Origin: a virus | Strand: one strand, 5' to 3' | Length of the DNA: 64,000 nucleotides | IMG/VR virus record: IMGVR_UViG_3300027974_000023 | Span: 32,001-96,000 of that record | Shown: positions 48,173-57,257 of the stretch, piece by piece | Layout of the letters: every line of letters starts with the position of its first letter | Position numbering within the stretch: the stretch's first letter is position 1 | Translations under genes and position numbers: made by a program | The notes under the pieces: generated by a model | Told to the model about the DNA's origin: nothing | The model's database searches: none | Seen by the model: only the letters and a program-made list of their open reading frames with translations

Positions 48173-49012
48173 TTATTTCTTTTTAATTACTATTTTGTTG
48201 TCTTTGATATAATGCATTAAAGCATTAACCTCATCTACAAGATACGGAATTACCATGGGAATTACATCTTTTATTACAGGATCTCCATTGTGATCTAGTT
48301 TAATAACTGGATATCCATATTCATCTTCTGAATCAACTTCAAATAAAACATGATGAATAAACATCTTTCCAGGTTTTAATCTAGGATTATGTTTAAGTAT
48401 AATGTACATATAGATACTTAACTGTAAAGCATAATGATAGAAATGACAATCATCAAGATTATCTACAGGAGGTATCAATTTAGTTGATTTACCTTCCCAA
48501 TTTATATAGGACTCCGTTTTAATTTCTTTAGATGTTTTATAATCAATAATATTTACTTTACCATTCACTACCTCAACTAAATCTGATTGACCACATATGC
48601 CTGCAGATTTAAGATATACCATATGTTCAGGATATACTCCTTCTTCTAGCTTCTGACTAGGTGCAAGTTTTATACCACTTTCTGTTGTTGCATTAGGAAT
48701 AAAAATTGGTATATTCTTCCCGTCAACTTCAAGAGATGCTAATGCACAAAGATCTGCTTCTCTCTGGTTGTGGTAATATGTTCCCATTGTAACAGCTCTT
48801 TCAGATTCAGTTTCCCAAATTTCTTGTATTTTCTTTGGCTCAATACCAAACCATTTAGATCTCTTGTTTTTAGAAACTTTTGCAGCAATAGACTTAGCAT
48901 CAAAAGGTTTTTTAAAGTGAGCAACTAATGTTGTTACACTTATCCAATTAAGTTTATCCTCAGCTTCTAAGCTTTTGTAAGTATGATCTGTTGCACTAAA
49001 GTATATACTCAT
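48173..49012 (-). CDS. PD-(D/E)xK exonuclease
   Basis: SVTT, GT..H, GQSDL, IIDYKT, Y.LQLS.Y motifs. Confidence 0.85.
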   Translation of the reverse strand: MSIYFSATDHTYKSLEAEDKLNWISVTTLVAHFKKPFDAKSIAAKVSKNKRSKWFGIEPKKIQEIWETESERAVTMGTYYHNQREADLCALASLEVDGKNIPIFIPNATTESGIKLAPSQKLEEGVYPEHMVYLKSAGICGQSDLVEVVNGKVNIIDYKTSKEIKTESYINWEGKSTKLIPPVDNLDDCHFYHYALQLSIYMYIILKHNPRLKPGKMFIHHVLFEVDSEDEYGYPVIKLDHNGDPVIKDVIPMVIPYLVDEVNALMHYIKDNKIVIKKK

Positions 49013-49013
49013 C

Positions 49014-49319
49014 TTATTTAAGTTTATCTAGTTTGTCTTCATCTTCTTCTGATACTACAGCTTTCCATCTTAGATCCGGACAATCTGATGAAAGAGATCT
49101 TACTTTAAATTTTAATGAGCACCCACATAATTGACAACATGGTTGTGTTCCTGTTAAAGCACAAGAATCACCTTTATCATCTTTTCTTACACATGCATTA
49201 CAATGCTGCATTCTAGCTGCAGCTATCTCCTCAACAAATCTATCTCTAATAATGGAATTCTTAATACCCTCCATTATTTGTGTTCTATTTTTCCAAATTT
49301 CTTTAATTGTTGGTTTCAT
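49014..49319 (-). CDS. Zinc-finger-like protein
   Basis: C..C, C..CGC, CP...W pattern. Confidence 0.6.
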   Translation of the reverse strand: MKPTIKEIWKNRTQIMEGIKNSIIRDRFVEEIAAARMQHCNACVRKDDKGDSCALTGTQPCCQLCGCSLKFKVRSLSSDCPDLRWKAVVSEEDEDKLDKLK

Positions 49320-49674
49320 TCTTTTTGGTTTTAAATTCTTGTTTCCTTTGTTCTTCAGCTGCTATCATTTCTTCTAATTTAATAAGAGCTTTAACTTTAA
49401 CATCTAACTGCTTCTTATTATGATATGCACTGAAGGTAGAAGTATCATGATTAGATAATACTTTTTCTGCCCTCTCAATACCTTTTCTTACTGAGAAAGG
49501 TCTTGCTGTAAAATGACCTAAACCATCTAAGTTTATTCTTGGATGGGTTAAACCGGATAAGTTTTGTCTTAGTGTTTTATACATAAACTCTACTAAATCT
49601 TCTACCAGTGATTCCTCAATATGTAGTTCTTCAGCTACAGGTCTGTATAGTTTGTTAGATCTCTTGGGATTCAT
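49303..49674 (-). CDS. HU/IHF-like DNA-binding protein
   Basis: Helix-helix then INLDGLGHF. Confidence 0.6.
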   Translation of the reverse strand: MNPKRSNKLYRPVAEELHIEESLVEDLVEFMYKTLRQNLSGLTHPRINLDGLGHFTARPFSVRKGIERAEKVLSNHDTSTFSAYHNKKQLDVKVKALIKLEEMIAAEEQRKQEFKTKKNETNN

Positions 49675-50032
49675 ATCCTAAAAATTTAAAATCTAACAAT
49701 ACAGTTCCTTGAGTTTGTATTTTTAAATCTGGGTTCAACATAATTAGTTTTTTGTTACTCCCATCTTTTATTACTAAATTGTTTTTTTCAGCTTTATTAA
49801 TACAGTTCCTTACAGTCTGTGGTGTTTTGAATATCCAATCTTCTTCTGCAGATGCATCATAACAAAAGTGTGTTAATTCAATTGGCTGATTAAAGCTTAG
49901 TAATGTAAGACAATTAAGATCAGATTCACTCACTGTTATATGATTTACATAACAGTGAGTCAAGATCTGAAATTTAACCACATCCCATTTAGGCATCTTA
50001 ACCTTTTTCTGAACTTGGTTAACTATTGCCAT
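49655..50032 (-). CDS. Putative winged-helix DNA-binding protein
   Basis: SESD...L.LL, TPQTVRNCINK...NNLV.K, wing ..I.LNP. Confidence 0.55.
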   Translation of the reverse strand: MAIVNQVQKKVKMPKWDVVKFQILTHCYVNHITVSESDLNCLTLLSFNQPIELTHFCYDASAEEDWIFKTPQTVRNCINKAEKNNLVIKDGSNKKLIMLNPDLKIQTQGTVLLDFKFLGYESQEI

Positions 50033-50035
50033 TGC

Positions 50036-50326
50036 TTAAGATTTTTTAAGTTTTCTAGCTGAAGTATCTTCTTGTTCAAAAGCTCTTTCTTCTTCCTCTT
50101 CTTCTTCACTTTTCTCTTTTGGTGATGTATTCTCAATAAACTGTGCCCACTGATAGTTTAAAGTAGATCTTTTGAATCTTGCTTCATCAATCTCAGTTAG
50201 AAGCTTTTCATACTTTGCTTGCGCTTCTAAGTAAGGAATTGATTCCTCATAGAACTTTTTCATTTCTTCTTTTCTTGCAGTTAACTCTTCTTGAGTTAAT
50301 TCTTGCTCTTCTAGTTGGTTTGACAT
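50036..50326 (-). CDS. Small acidic coiled-coil protein
   Basis: ORF track. First gene after the promoter at 50350. Confidence 0.6.
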   Translation of the reverse strand: MSNQLEEQELTQEELTARKEEMKKFYEESIPYLEAQAKYEKLLTEIDEARFKRSTLNYQWAQFIENTSPKEKSEEEEEEERAFEQEDTSARKLKKS

Positions 50327-50330
50327 ATTT

Positions 50331-50385
50331 TATACTTTTTAAGTTTAAACAAAGATACTAATAAAGTTTAAATTTTACAGGTTTA
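50331..50385 (-). promoter_or_regulatory. Sigma-A promoter (TATCTTTG, 50350-50357) flanked by two TAAAC-N7-GTTTA-like palindromes
   Basis: TATAC-N7-GTTTA at 50331-50347 and TAAAT-N7-GTTTA at 50369-50385. Confidence 0.55.
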
Positions 50386-50420
50386 AAATAAAAAATCCAG
50401 ACACTAATAGTACCTGGATT
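50386..50420 (-). terminator. Intrinsic terminator after the lysis cassette
   Basis: AATCCAG...CTGGATT hairpin plus U tract. Confidence 0.8.
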
Positions 50421-50448
50421 ATAGTAATGTGGGTTACGGTAATGGAAG

Positions 50449-50607
50449 TTACCTATTTTTAATTGTAAAATTTAATACAGTAATTGAATAAAAGTTTCTA
50501 GTTGCATCTATTTCTATACTGAATAAATCAAGACTAGATAGTCTAAGTTTTATGATCAACTTATCCCATTGTTTAGTTGGGGATTTCCAATTGTTTCTAA
50601 ATTTCAT
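50449..50607 (-). CDS. Small protein after the endolysin (52 aa, MKFRNNWK...)
   Basis: Translated by hand. ATGA overlap with the endolysin stop. Amphipathic beta pattern. Confidence 0.65.
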   Translation of the reverse strand: MKFRNNWKSPTKQWDKLIIKLRLSSLDLFSIEIDATRNFYSITVLNFTIKNR

Positions 50608-51197
50608 ACTTCAAATTCATTTAATAAAACATAAGTAATTTTTTTCTGAGGTTTTAATAATTTGATCCATTCTAAATGTTTTTGCTTGTTATTAACAACC
50701 TGACAACCAGCAGACCAACTTCCAATGTTTTCCTGCAAACCTTTAAAGTTATTGTCATAAGTAGCAGCATGAAAGTTAATACCATAACCAGCACCAATAA
50801 TTGGAATCCCAATTTCTTCTGATTTTTCATCCATATCTCCATCACGAAAAACAATAAAGTTTCCTACTTGCTTTAATGCAGGCATCTTACCCATGTGTAA
50901 ACCATAAGTCCACACATCATAATACCATTCATCTGATTTAACTATTGCTGCTCCTGCTTTGTTGTATTTAAGGAAACCACCTTCTAAAATTGGAGTACCA
51001 GGATTTGTTGTACCAGATGTAACACCAACAAAAGAAGCTTCATTAAACAAATAAAATTTATCATCAAATTTGTTTGGTGCATCTTCATTTGATCTTATAC
51101 CAAGTATCCAATATCCTTTTGGGAGAGCTGTAAATGATTTTAATGACTTAACTTTATTTAAAAGTTGTACATCATTATATGTTCTTACATTAATCAT
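50604..51197 (-). CDS. Putative endolysin with L,D-transpeptidase-like H...SxGC motif
   Basis: GINFH...WSAGCQV motif. Follows two membrane proteins. Confidence 0.6.
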   Translation of the reverse strand: MINVRTYNDVQLLNKVKSLKSFTALPKGYWILGIRSNEDAPNKFDDKFYLFNEASFVGVTSGTTNPGTPILEGGFLKYNKAGAAIVKSDEWYYDVWTYGLHMGKMPALKQVGNFIVFRDGDMDEKSEEIGIPIIGAGYGINFHAATYDNNFKGLQENIGSWSAGCQVVNNKQKHLEWIKLLKPQKKITYVLLNEFEV

Positions 51198-51203
51198 AAA
51201 ATT

Positions 51204-51434
51204 CTATTTTATTTCTGTTGATGAATCATCAACTGTAAACTGAGACATTGCTGCTAACAAGCCTCCACCAAATGCTGCATAACCACCTGCTGTTATGATT
51301 GCTACTGGTAATGCTACGGGAGCTGTAGCTAAAACTGCTCCTATTGCTGTTAAAATTAAACCTACTCTTTGTACTTTCTTCCAAAACTTAGGTGTAGGTG
51401 CATTAAATCTTTCTTTTAAACTTAACTCTTTCAT
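51204..51434 (-). CDS. Putative holin
   Basis: 76 aa, two hydrophobic helices, R..APTPKFW start. Confidence 0.7.
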   Translation of the reverse strand: MKELSLKERFNAPTPKFWKKVQRVGLILTAIGAVLATAPVALPVAIITAGGYAAFGGGLLAAMSQFTVDDSSTEIK

Positions 51435-51438
51435 ATGT

Positions 51439-51738
51439 TTATTTATTGATTACAAACTGTCTTACAGCATCTGAAAGCTCACTTACATTTCTTGCAAGAT
51501 TTTTTATTTCTAACTGTGTTTGTTCTTGGATAGCTTGATATTTAAGTCTTGCTTCTTGCTCAACTAGTTCAATCTTTCCTTTTAATTTACCAAGTTCCTC
51601 AGCATGATGTTGAGCTCCCTTTAGTAAAATTTCAATGTCTTTTCTTGTATCATTATAGGCATTCTTTAAAAAGAAACCAAAAGCAGTAATAATTGTTGCT
51701 GCTATGAATATTACAATTGTTAGTGTACTTGCATCCAT
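51439..51738 (-). CDS. Membrane-anchored coiled-coil protein (holin/lysis-associated)
   Basis: N-terminal transmembrane helix plus coiled coil. Confidence 0.55.
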   Translation of the reverse strand: MDASTLTIVIFIAATIITAFGFFLKNAYNDTRKDIEILLKGAQHHAEELGKLKGKIELVEQEARLKYQAIQEQTQLEIKNLARNVSELSDAVRQFVINK

Positions 51739-51793
51739 GTAAAATAAGTTTATAAAATGTATATAATAATATACAAAAAATTTTAAAATAAAC

Positions 51794-52273
51794 CTATAAA
51801 AAATACGTATCTCTTACTTCTACAGGAACATTATCCATAGCTTGAAACATCTCAAATAAGATAGGTCTCTGAGTAATAGCTAATTCATAAATTTCATCTA
51901 ATGCAGCTTGCTCATTAGGAAAAGTAAAATTGCTTGCAAGGTAATCTGATATTTCAGGATCAGATGGTCTTAAACAAACAGTAGCCTGTAAATCGGGCTC
52001 AATAAAATAACTTGTTTCTAATGTAAATTGTTTTTTCTCTATAGGAAATTGAATTACAACAGGATTATGGTCAATTTCAGGAAGCGTTAATAACCACGCA
52101 TCACAACCAATTAATTGTGCTTGTTGTAAAGTACATCCGTTTACTTCTTCATTTGAAATAAACTTTTTACCATCTGCATCAATTTGTATGTTAAAAAATT
52201 GACCGTTAAAACCCCAAACTTGACCTTCTAAGGCAGTTGCTTGTGTTTCGTTTAATTGTCTTACTTTAATCAT
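51794..52273 (-). CDS. Hypothetical fibre-associated protein
   Basis: ORF track. Follows the LamG gene. Confidence 0.5.
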   Translation of the reverse strand: MIKVRQLNETQATALEGQVWGFNGQFFNIQIDADGKKFISNEEVNGCTLQQAQLIGCDAWLLTLPEIDHNPVVIQFPIEKKQFTLETSYFIEPDLQATVCLRPSDPEISDYLASNFTFPNEQAALDEIYELAITQRPILFEMFQAMDNVPVEVRDTYFL

Positions 52274-52276
52274 AGT

Positions 52277-53686
52277 TTAAAATGTTGGGTAGAACTTACC
52301 TGTTCCACTATTATATAATGTTGTTATTTCTGTAGATGTTAACTCTTTACTATATGGAGTTACTTCATCAATTTTAGTTCCGTTTCCTGCGTAATATTGA
52401 AGCCCTGCCCCACTTGAATTTCTGACACCTATATTTGTACTCATTGGAGATGTGTATGCAATAACATTTGTATCTGAATTTGAAGTTGACAATGCTCCGT
52501 TATAATAAATCTTTGTACCTACACCTGCTTTATGAGTTACCGTAACCATATACCAAGTGTTATACGGATTTGGACTTGATTCTGATAAATTAGTATATCC
52601 AGTTGGTGTACCATAACATGTTTGAACTGTTGTACCTCCATAATTCCAAATAGAAAACCCATAAAAATTTCCACCTGTATATTGAAAGCATGTTAATAAC
52701 GCTTGATTAGCACCAGTGTTAACTATATACACCCACATATTTACAGAAAAATCACCAGTAAACGTATTAAACATATTATTTGGTAAACTTATATATGAAC
52801 TTCCGTTAAATATAAAAGCATTTCCACTCTTACCAGCACTATAAGTCAATCCACCTACTGCCGTTCCGTTGTAAACACCTAGTGAATCATTTGCTATTGT
52901 AGAATAAAAAGCATTTCCTTGGTAGAACTTGCCAGCTCCACTATTATATAAATCTGTTACTTCTGTAGAAGTTAATTCTTTTGTATTATAAAATACTACT
53001 TCATCTAAAGATGCTGAATTGAAATACTCATAATTAACCCCATCATATCTTTGTGCTAATAATGTTGGGTAGTGGGTAGTATCATACGCAATAGCTGTTA
53101 CGTTTGAATCTGACGTTACCATTGACCCGTCAAAATAGATTTTCCTTCCTGTTGTCGTTGAGTAAGTAAATACAAATAAGTGCCAAACATTTATGGTTAG
53201 AGCAGTAGTTAAATCATATGCCAAAGTAAGTGGTGTGCTAGTTCCATCATACTTTTGAAACCTAACCTCTGTATTATTTAAGTAGCAACCCCAACCATGT
53301 TGACGTGTAGGGCTTAGGAGTAATTTATTATTTGATACGATAGTTTTTAATCCTGCGCTTGTTGATGGAACTTTTACCCAAGCAACTACTGAGAAGTTAC
53401 CTGTAAAATTTATCGCATTATTAGGTAAATTTACACACGCAGTAGTACCATTTCCTACAAAAGCATTTCCACTCTTACCAGCACTATAAGTTAATCCACC
53501 TACTGCAGTTCCATTATAAACACCTAATGAGTCATTTGCATTTGACTCACCTTTGTATACAGCATACAAATTAGTTGTTAAACTAGCTAAAGCATTAGAT
53601 TCACCTTTGTATACGGCATACAAGCCAGTAAGTAATGAGCTTACTGTTGATTTTAACATTGAACTTATTAAACTATAGTAATTCAT
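52277..53686 (-). CDS. Concanavalin A/LamG-domain protein (two domains)
   Basis: FSV..WV, W.....T......KIY..G, IDEV..Y..ELT..E...LY twice. Confidence 0.85.
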   Translation of the reverse strand: MNYYSLISSMLKSTVSSLLTGLYAVYKGESNALASLTTNLYAVYKGESNANDSLGVYNGTAVGGLTYSAGKSGNAFVGNGTTACVNLPNNAINFTGNFSVVAWVKVPSTSAGLKTIVSNNKLLLSPTRQHGWGCYLNNTEVRFQKYDGTSTPLTLAYDLTTALTINVWHLFVFTYSTTTGRKIYFDGSMVTSDSNVTAIAYDTTHYPTLLAQRYDGVNYEYFNSASLDEVVFYNTKELTSTEVTDLYNSGAGKFYQGNAFYSTIANDSLGVYNGTAVGGLTYSAGKSGNAFIFNGSSYISLPNNMFNTFTGDFSVNMWVYIVNTGANQALLTCFQYTGGNFYGFSIWNYGGTTVQTCYGTPTGYTNLSESSPNPYNTWYMVTVTHKAGVGTKIYYNGALSTSNSDTNVIAYTSPMSTNIGVRNSSGAGLQYYAGNGTKIDEVTPYSKELTSTEITTLYNSGTGKFYPTF

Positions 53687-53687
53687 A

Positions 53688-55334
53688 TTATGCTTGCTGA
53701 TTTAAACCTAAAACATCCCATTTTGCATCCGTAGAATTGTATATAATTCCAAGATACATTGTTTTACTTATTACAGTAGTAGTAGGTAAAGTTATTCCAA
53801 TTGCTCTATAGTTAGTTCCAAAAGTAATTGCTCTAGCTGTAGCATTATCTTTTATTCTAATCATTAATGATTGACCTTCTACGAAAGTACCAGTAGGATT
53901 AGCAAGTGTAAGTCCAGTGGCTTGTGCTGTAATAATTACTAAATCATTTGTAGATGTAGGAGTAACCGTAGCTGAACTAGCAACTGTTTGAACTCTTGGG
54001 TTAAGTGGAGCATATACGCTTAAATCTTGATCTCCAGTATTAGAACCAGACAAAGTTGCGATACCCAACTTAGTTTTGATAGTTGCTGTAGTTTCATCAC
54101 CTGTATTACTTCCAGATAATGTTAATCCAGAGTCTTTAATAATTTTTCCAGTAGTACCATCAAAAAATACTACATTGTTACTTACTGAAGAAGCAGGACC
54201 AGTTACAGCACCTACAATATTTTTTTGTATTACATTCCAGTATTGACCTACAGTAGCTTGATTACCTGACACAGTTCCATCTGTATTACAAATAATCATA
54301 TCTCCTACCTCAACATCTGTACCGCTTGCTCCACCTATTTTACCGGCAACACTTGCAATATACATATAACCTGCATCTGCTGCAGGATAATTAGGGTTAG
54401 TTGAACAGTCAATTGTTCCTTTGTAAACTAATGCATTAGCATTGCCTAGTAAATTATCAGCATAAACCTTAACTGCATTCTGTGTTGGATATAATGTATC
54501 TGATGTACCTAATGAAGTACTAGTAGATTTATTTGCTACATTTTCCGGAGTATATCCTAGAGCAGTAGCTATTGATTTATGTTCCCATAAACTGTTAGAT
54601 GAGTTATAGAACAAACCATCATTGTTAGATGCATTTAAAGCATCTACATCATGTAGTTCTCCTAATTCAAAACCATTTTGTACTTTAACAAAGATTTCTC
54701 CTACAGTAGCACTTGATCTGGTAACAATACCAAGAAATACTAAATGTGCTGGAGCTACTGGTTTATTTGCTAAACCAAAAATTAAGTTACCATTAGTACC
54801 TAACCATACAGGATCTCCCGCATTAGCAGTACTAGTATTTAAAGGTGCACCACCTGTTCCGGTAAGTAAACCTTCAGTGATAACAAATATAATTCCATTT
54901 AATGCGGCTGAACTTGCTACAAGCCCCATTGTTTTACTTGATGTTGATTCTGATGCATTAGATGCTTTAGAAACAATCATGTTTGTACCATTTGCTGAAC
55001 TAACATAAACTGCTTGTCCTTTTGTTAATGCAACTCCGGCTTTTACTTCATGTTGTACTGTACTAGTGTAGTTACTTATCCATTCTACATCATAATCAGT
55101 ACCACTTGCTTTTGCTAAAATATCTCCTGTTGCTCCACCAGTTGGTAAGTTTCCACTTCCACCTAATGCAATCCAAGATGTTCCATTTGAATAATAATAT
55201 TGGTCAGACCAATACACTATTCTTTTAGTATTAGCACTTGCTAAATTGGATGTAATATCTAATGTATCCGCTTTTAAGTTATTGATGTTATTCCCTTGCA
55301 AGTTAACATCAACAAAAAACTTCTTCTCTGCCAT
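53688..55334 (-). CDS. Head/tail fibre protein
   Basis: Start MAEKKFF. Typical fibre modules: LPTGG.TG.IL.K.S, EL.ELHDV, LGYTPEN.ANK, SGSNTGD repeats. Confidence 0.7.
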   Translation of the reverse strand: MAEKKFFVDVNLQGNNINNLKADTLDITSNLASANTKRIVYWSDQYYYSNGTSWIALGGSGNLPTGGATGDILAKASGTDYDVEWISNYTSTVQHEVKAGVALTKGQAVYVSSANGTNMIVSKASNASESTSSKTMGLVASSAALNGIIFVITEGLLTGTGGAPLNTSTANAGDPVWLGTNGNLIFGLANKPVAPAHLVFLGIVTRSSATVGEIFVKVQNGFELGELHDVDALNASNNDGLFYNSSNSLWEHKSIATALGYTPENVANKSTSTSLGTSDTLYPTQNAVKVYADNLLGNANALVYKGTIDCSTNPNYPAADAGYMYIASVAGKIGGASGTDVEVGDMIICNTDGTVSGNQATVGQYWNVIQKNIVGAVTGPASSVSNNVVFFDGTTGKIIKDSGLTLSGSNTGDETTATIKTKLGIATLSGSNTGDQDLSVYAPLNPRVQTVASSATVTPTSTNDLVIITAQATGLTLANPTGTFVEGQSLMIRIKDNATARAITFGTNYRAIGITLPTTTVISKTMYLGIIYNSTDAKWDVLGLNQQA

Positions 55335-55348
55335 ATTATTATTTTTTA

Positions 55349-55356
55349 CAAATATA
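55349..55356 (-). promoter_or_regulatory. Sigma-A -7 element (TATATTTG)
   Basis: TAnnTTTG 14 nt upstream of ATG 55334. Confidence 0.55.
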
Positions 55357-55364
55357 GTAAATTT

Positions 55365-55395
55365 AAAAAAACCCACCCCTATTATGGAGTGGGTT
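55365..55395 (-). terminator. Intrinsic terminator
   Basis: AACCCAC...GTGGGTT hairpin with U tract on the minus strand. Confidence 0.75.
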
Positions 55396-55416
55396 AAAAA
55401 AAATCCTAAACTTTAT

Positions 55417-56565
55417 TTATTTAGAAACTCTAACATTAACCTCTGTAGATGGTAATACATTAGAATAAATTTGAATTAAATTAGGTAACATACTTATTAC
55501 CTCAAACTCTGCAATTTTATATTCTCCTGTAACAGCTCGTAAATAAGTTGTTACATTAGGACTAACTACGTTTAAATTATGAGTAACACTAACACTGTAT
55601 ATACCACCACCAGCTTCCCAATCTTCTGGTGCAAGAGTTTGTAAAAAAGCTAAAGCAGCAATTTCTGTATCAGTATAAGCATTAGCATTAGTTAATGCTT
55701 GAGCAGCAGAACCAGCAGCGTCATAGTTAGGAGCTAATGAATCAGCATAAGCTTCAGCATTTGCTTGTGCAGTTGAAGCAGCATCATCAACATATAGTTT
55801 GTTAGTAGCTTGTCCATCTAGGAATGGAGTGGCTAAATTAACTATATTATGATTCGCTAAGTTTAAATCAGTATCTACATAAATATTACCAATACCATCT
55901 TTATCAATAAGAGTACTTATTTGTACTTCTGAAAATGTACCAATAGCAACATTACTAATGTCATTGAATCCCATGTCAATGCTACCAGTCATAGTACCAC
56001 CTGCTAGTGGTAGTTTGCTAGAAATCTCAGGAGTAATTTGAGCATCAATTTTACCTTGTAATGTAGCTGGAGTAATAACAACTGCACCACCTTCTGTACC
56101 ATCATTAGCTTCAGTTTGTGTAGCTAAACGAGAAATACCGTCAACTGTTTCTGTTGCAATAACTACGTTACCTTGTAAGATTAACCAGTCTGCAATTGTT
56201 GCACCAGCATTATCAACTTTAGCAACAATTGAATCACCAACTTGTACTGACTCTCCTAAAAAAGTACCTGCTGCAGTTACTGCCCAAAAGAAACCTTTTA
56301 ATGCTGATCCATCAGTAATATCAGGAGTGTTTGTTGTTGGATCATAACCACCTTGAAAAATCAAACCACCTGTTACTGCAGCAATATCAGATAAGTTAGC
56401 TACTTCTTTAGTAGCAGTACCATCAAAATATTGTAATCTATGTGCTGCTGAATCATATCCAAAAGCACCTTCCGTTGAACCAATACCTGAATTAGTTCCA
56501 ATTTTTGCATTTGTTAATGCACTACCTTGTAGATTAATGTCTACAAAAAACTTTTTTTCTGCCAT
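55417..56565 (-). CDS. Fibre protein, paralogous N-terminus MAEKKFFVD.NLQG
   Basis: ATETVDG..RLATQ, LPLAGGTMTG, ATNK.YVD and THNL fibre motifs. Confidence 0.7.
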   Translation of the reverse strand: MAEKKFFVDINLQGSALTNAKIGTNSGIGSTEGAFGYDSAAHRLQYFDGTATKEVANLSDIAAVTGGLIFQGGYDPTTNTPDITDGSALKGFFWAVTAAGTFLGESVQVGDSIVAKVDNAGATIADWLILQGNVVIATETVDGISRLATQTEANDGTEGGAVVITPATLQGKIDAQITPEISSKLPLAGGTMTGSIDMGFNDISNVAIGTFSEVQISTLIDKDGIGNIYVDTDLNLANHNIVNLATPFLDGQATNKLYVDDAASTAQANAEAYADSLAPNYDAAGSAAQALTNANAYTDTEIAALAFLQTLAPEDWEAGGGIYSVSVTHNLNVVSPNVTTYLRAVTGEYKIAEFEVISMLPNLIQIYSNVLPSTEVNVRVSK

Positions 56566-56621
56566 TTTGTTTTGTTTTTAGTTTAAATTTAAGTTATAAT
56601 ATAATATACAATTTTATTTTA

Positions 56622-56873
56622 TTAATTACAATAAACATATCCAGAAACTGGAATATTAAATGTTATGTTTACAGTGTTGTTATTTATCCAGTCAATCTGA
56701 GCAATGATTTCATTCTTATCCTCATCAACTACCTGCACAGAACATTTAGTATTTAGATTATGATTAACAACCCATGTAGTTTCTGGAACAGATTGAGTGT
56801 GTACATAACTTATGTCTTGAAGTGAGTTTACAAGATCAAACTCACCAGATACCGGATTGTATTTATTTTTCAT
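56622..56873 (-). CDS. Small fibre-associated protein (HTQ...W.V.HNL domain)
   Basis: Motif recognisable in phage structural proteins. Confidence 0.6.
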   Translation of the reverse strand: MKNKYNPVSGEFDLVNSLQDISYVHTQSVPETTWVVNHNLNTKCSVQVVDEDKNEIIAQIDWINNNTVNITFNIPVSGYVYCN

Positions 56874-56875
56874 AA

Positions 56876-57241
56876 TTATGAGTATTGAATTTCTGTTACA
56901 TTTCTGTTTTCATCATAACTGAGTGTTTCAATGATAGTTTCTACACCATACTCAGTAGTTCCAGTATGAGTAACACTTGTTACATCATTATTAACATTGT
57001 AAGCTAAAACTCTATTATAATTTGCTGATCCTTGAATCCTGCCTATTTTAGATATAGAATTTTTCTTAATTATTTCTACATATGCCTCAACTAGTAAAAG
57101 AGTTGTTTCTGTAGCTGCCCCACCAGGAGGTGCAATACCAGAAATACCATCTACTATTTGCTGAAGACCTAGTAATGTTTTCATTTGATATGGGAAATTA
57201 TTTCCTTGATTTCCTGTATCCTTTAAGTTTCCTATTGACAT
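56876..57241 (-). CDS. Hypothetical structural protein
   Basis: ORF track. GAATETTL fibre-like motif. Confidence 0.5.
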   Translation of the reverse strand: MSIGNLKDTGNQGNNFPYQMKTLLGLQQIVDGISGIAPPGGAATETTLLLVEAYVEIIKKNSISKIGRIQGSANYNRVLAYNVNNDVTSVTHTGTTEYGVETIIETLSYDENRNVTEIQYS

Positions 57242-57257
57242 TATTTTTATTTTTTAA

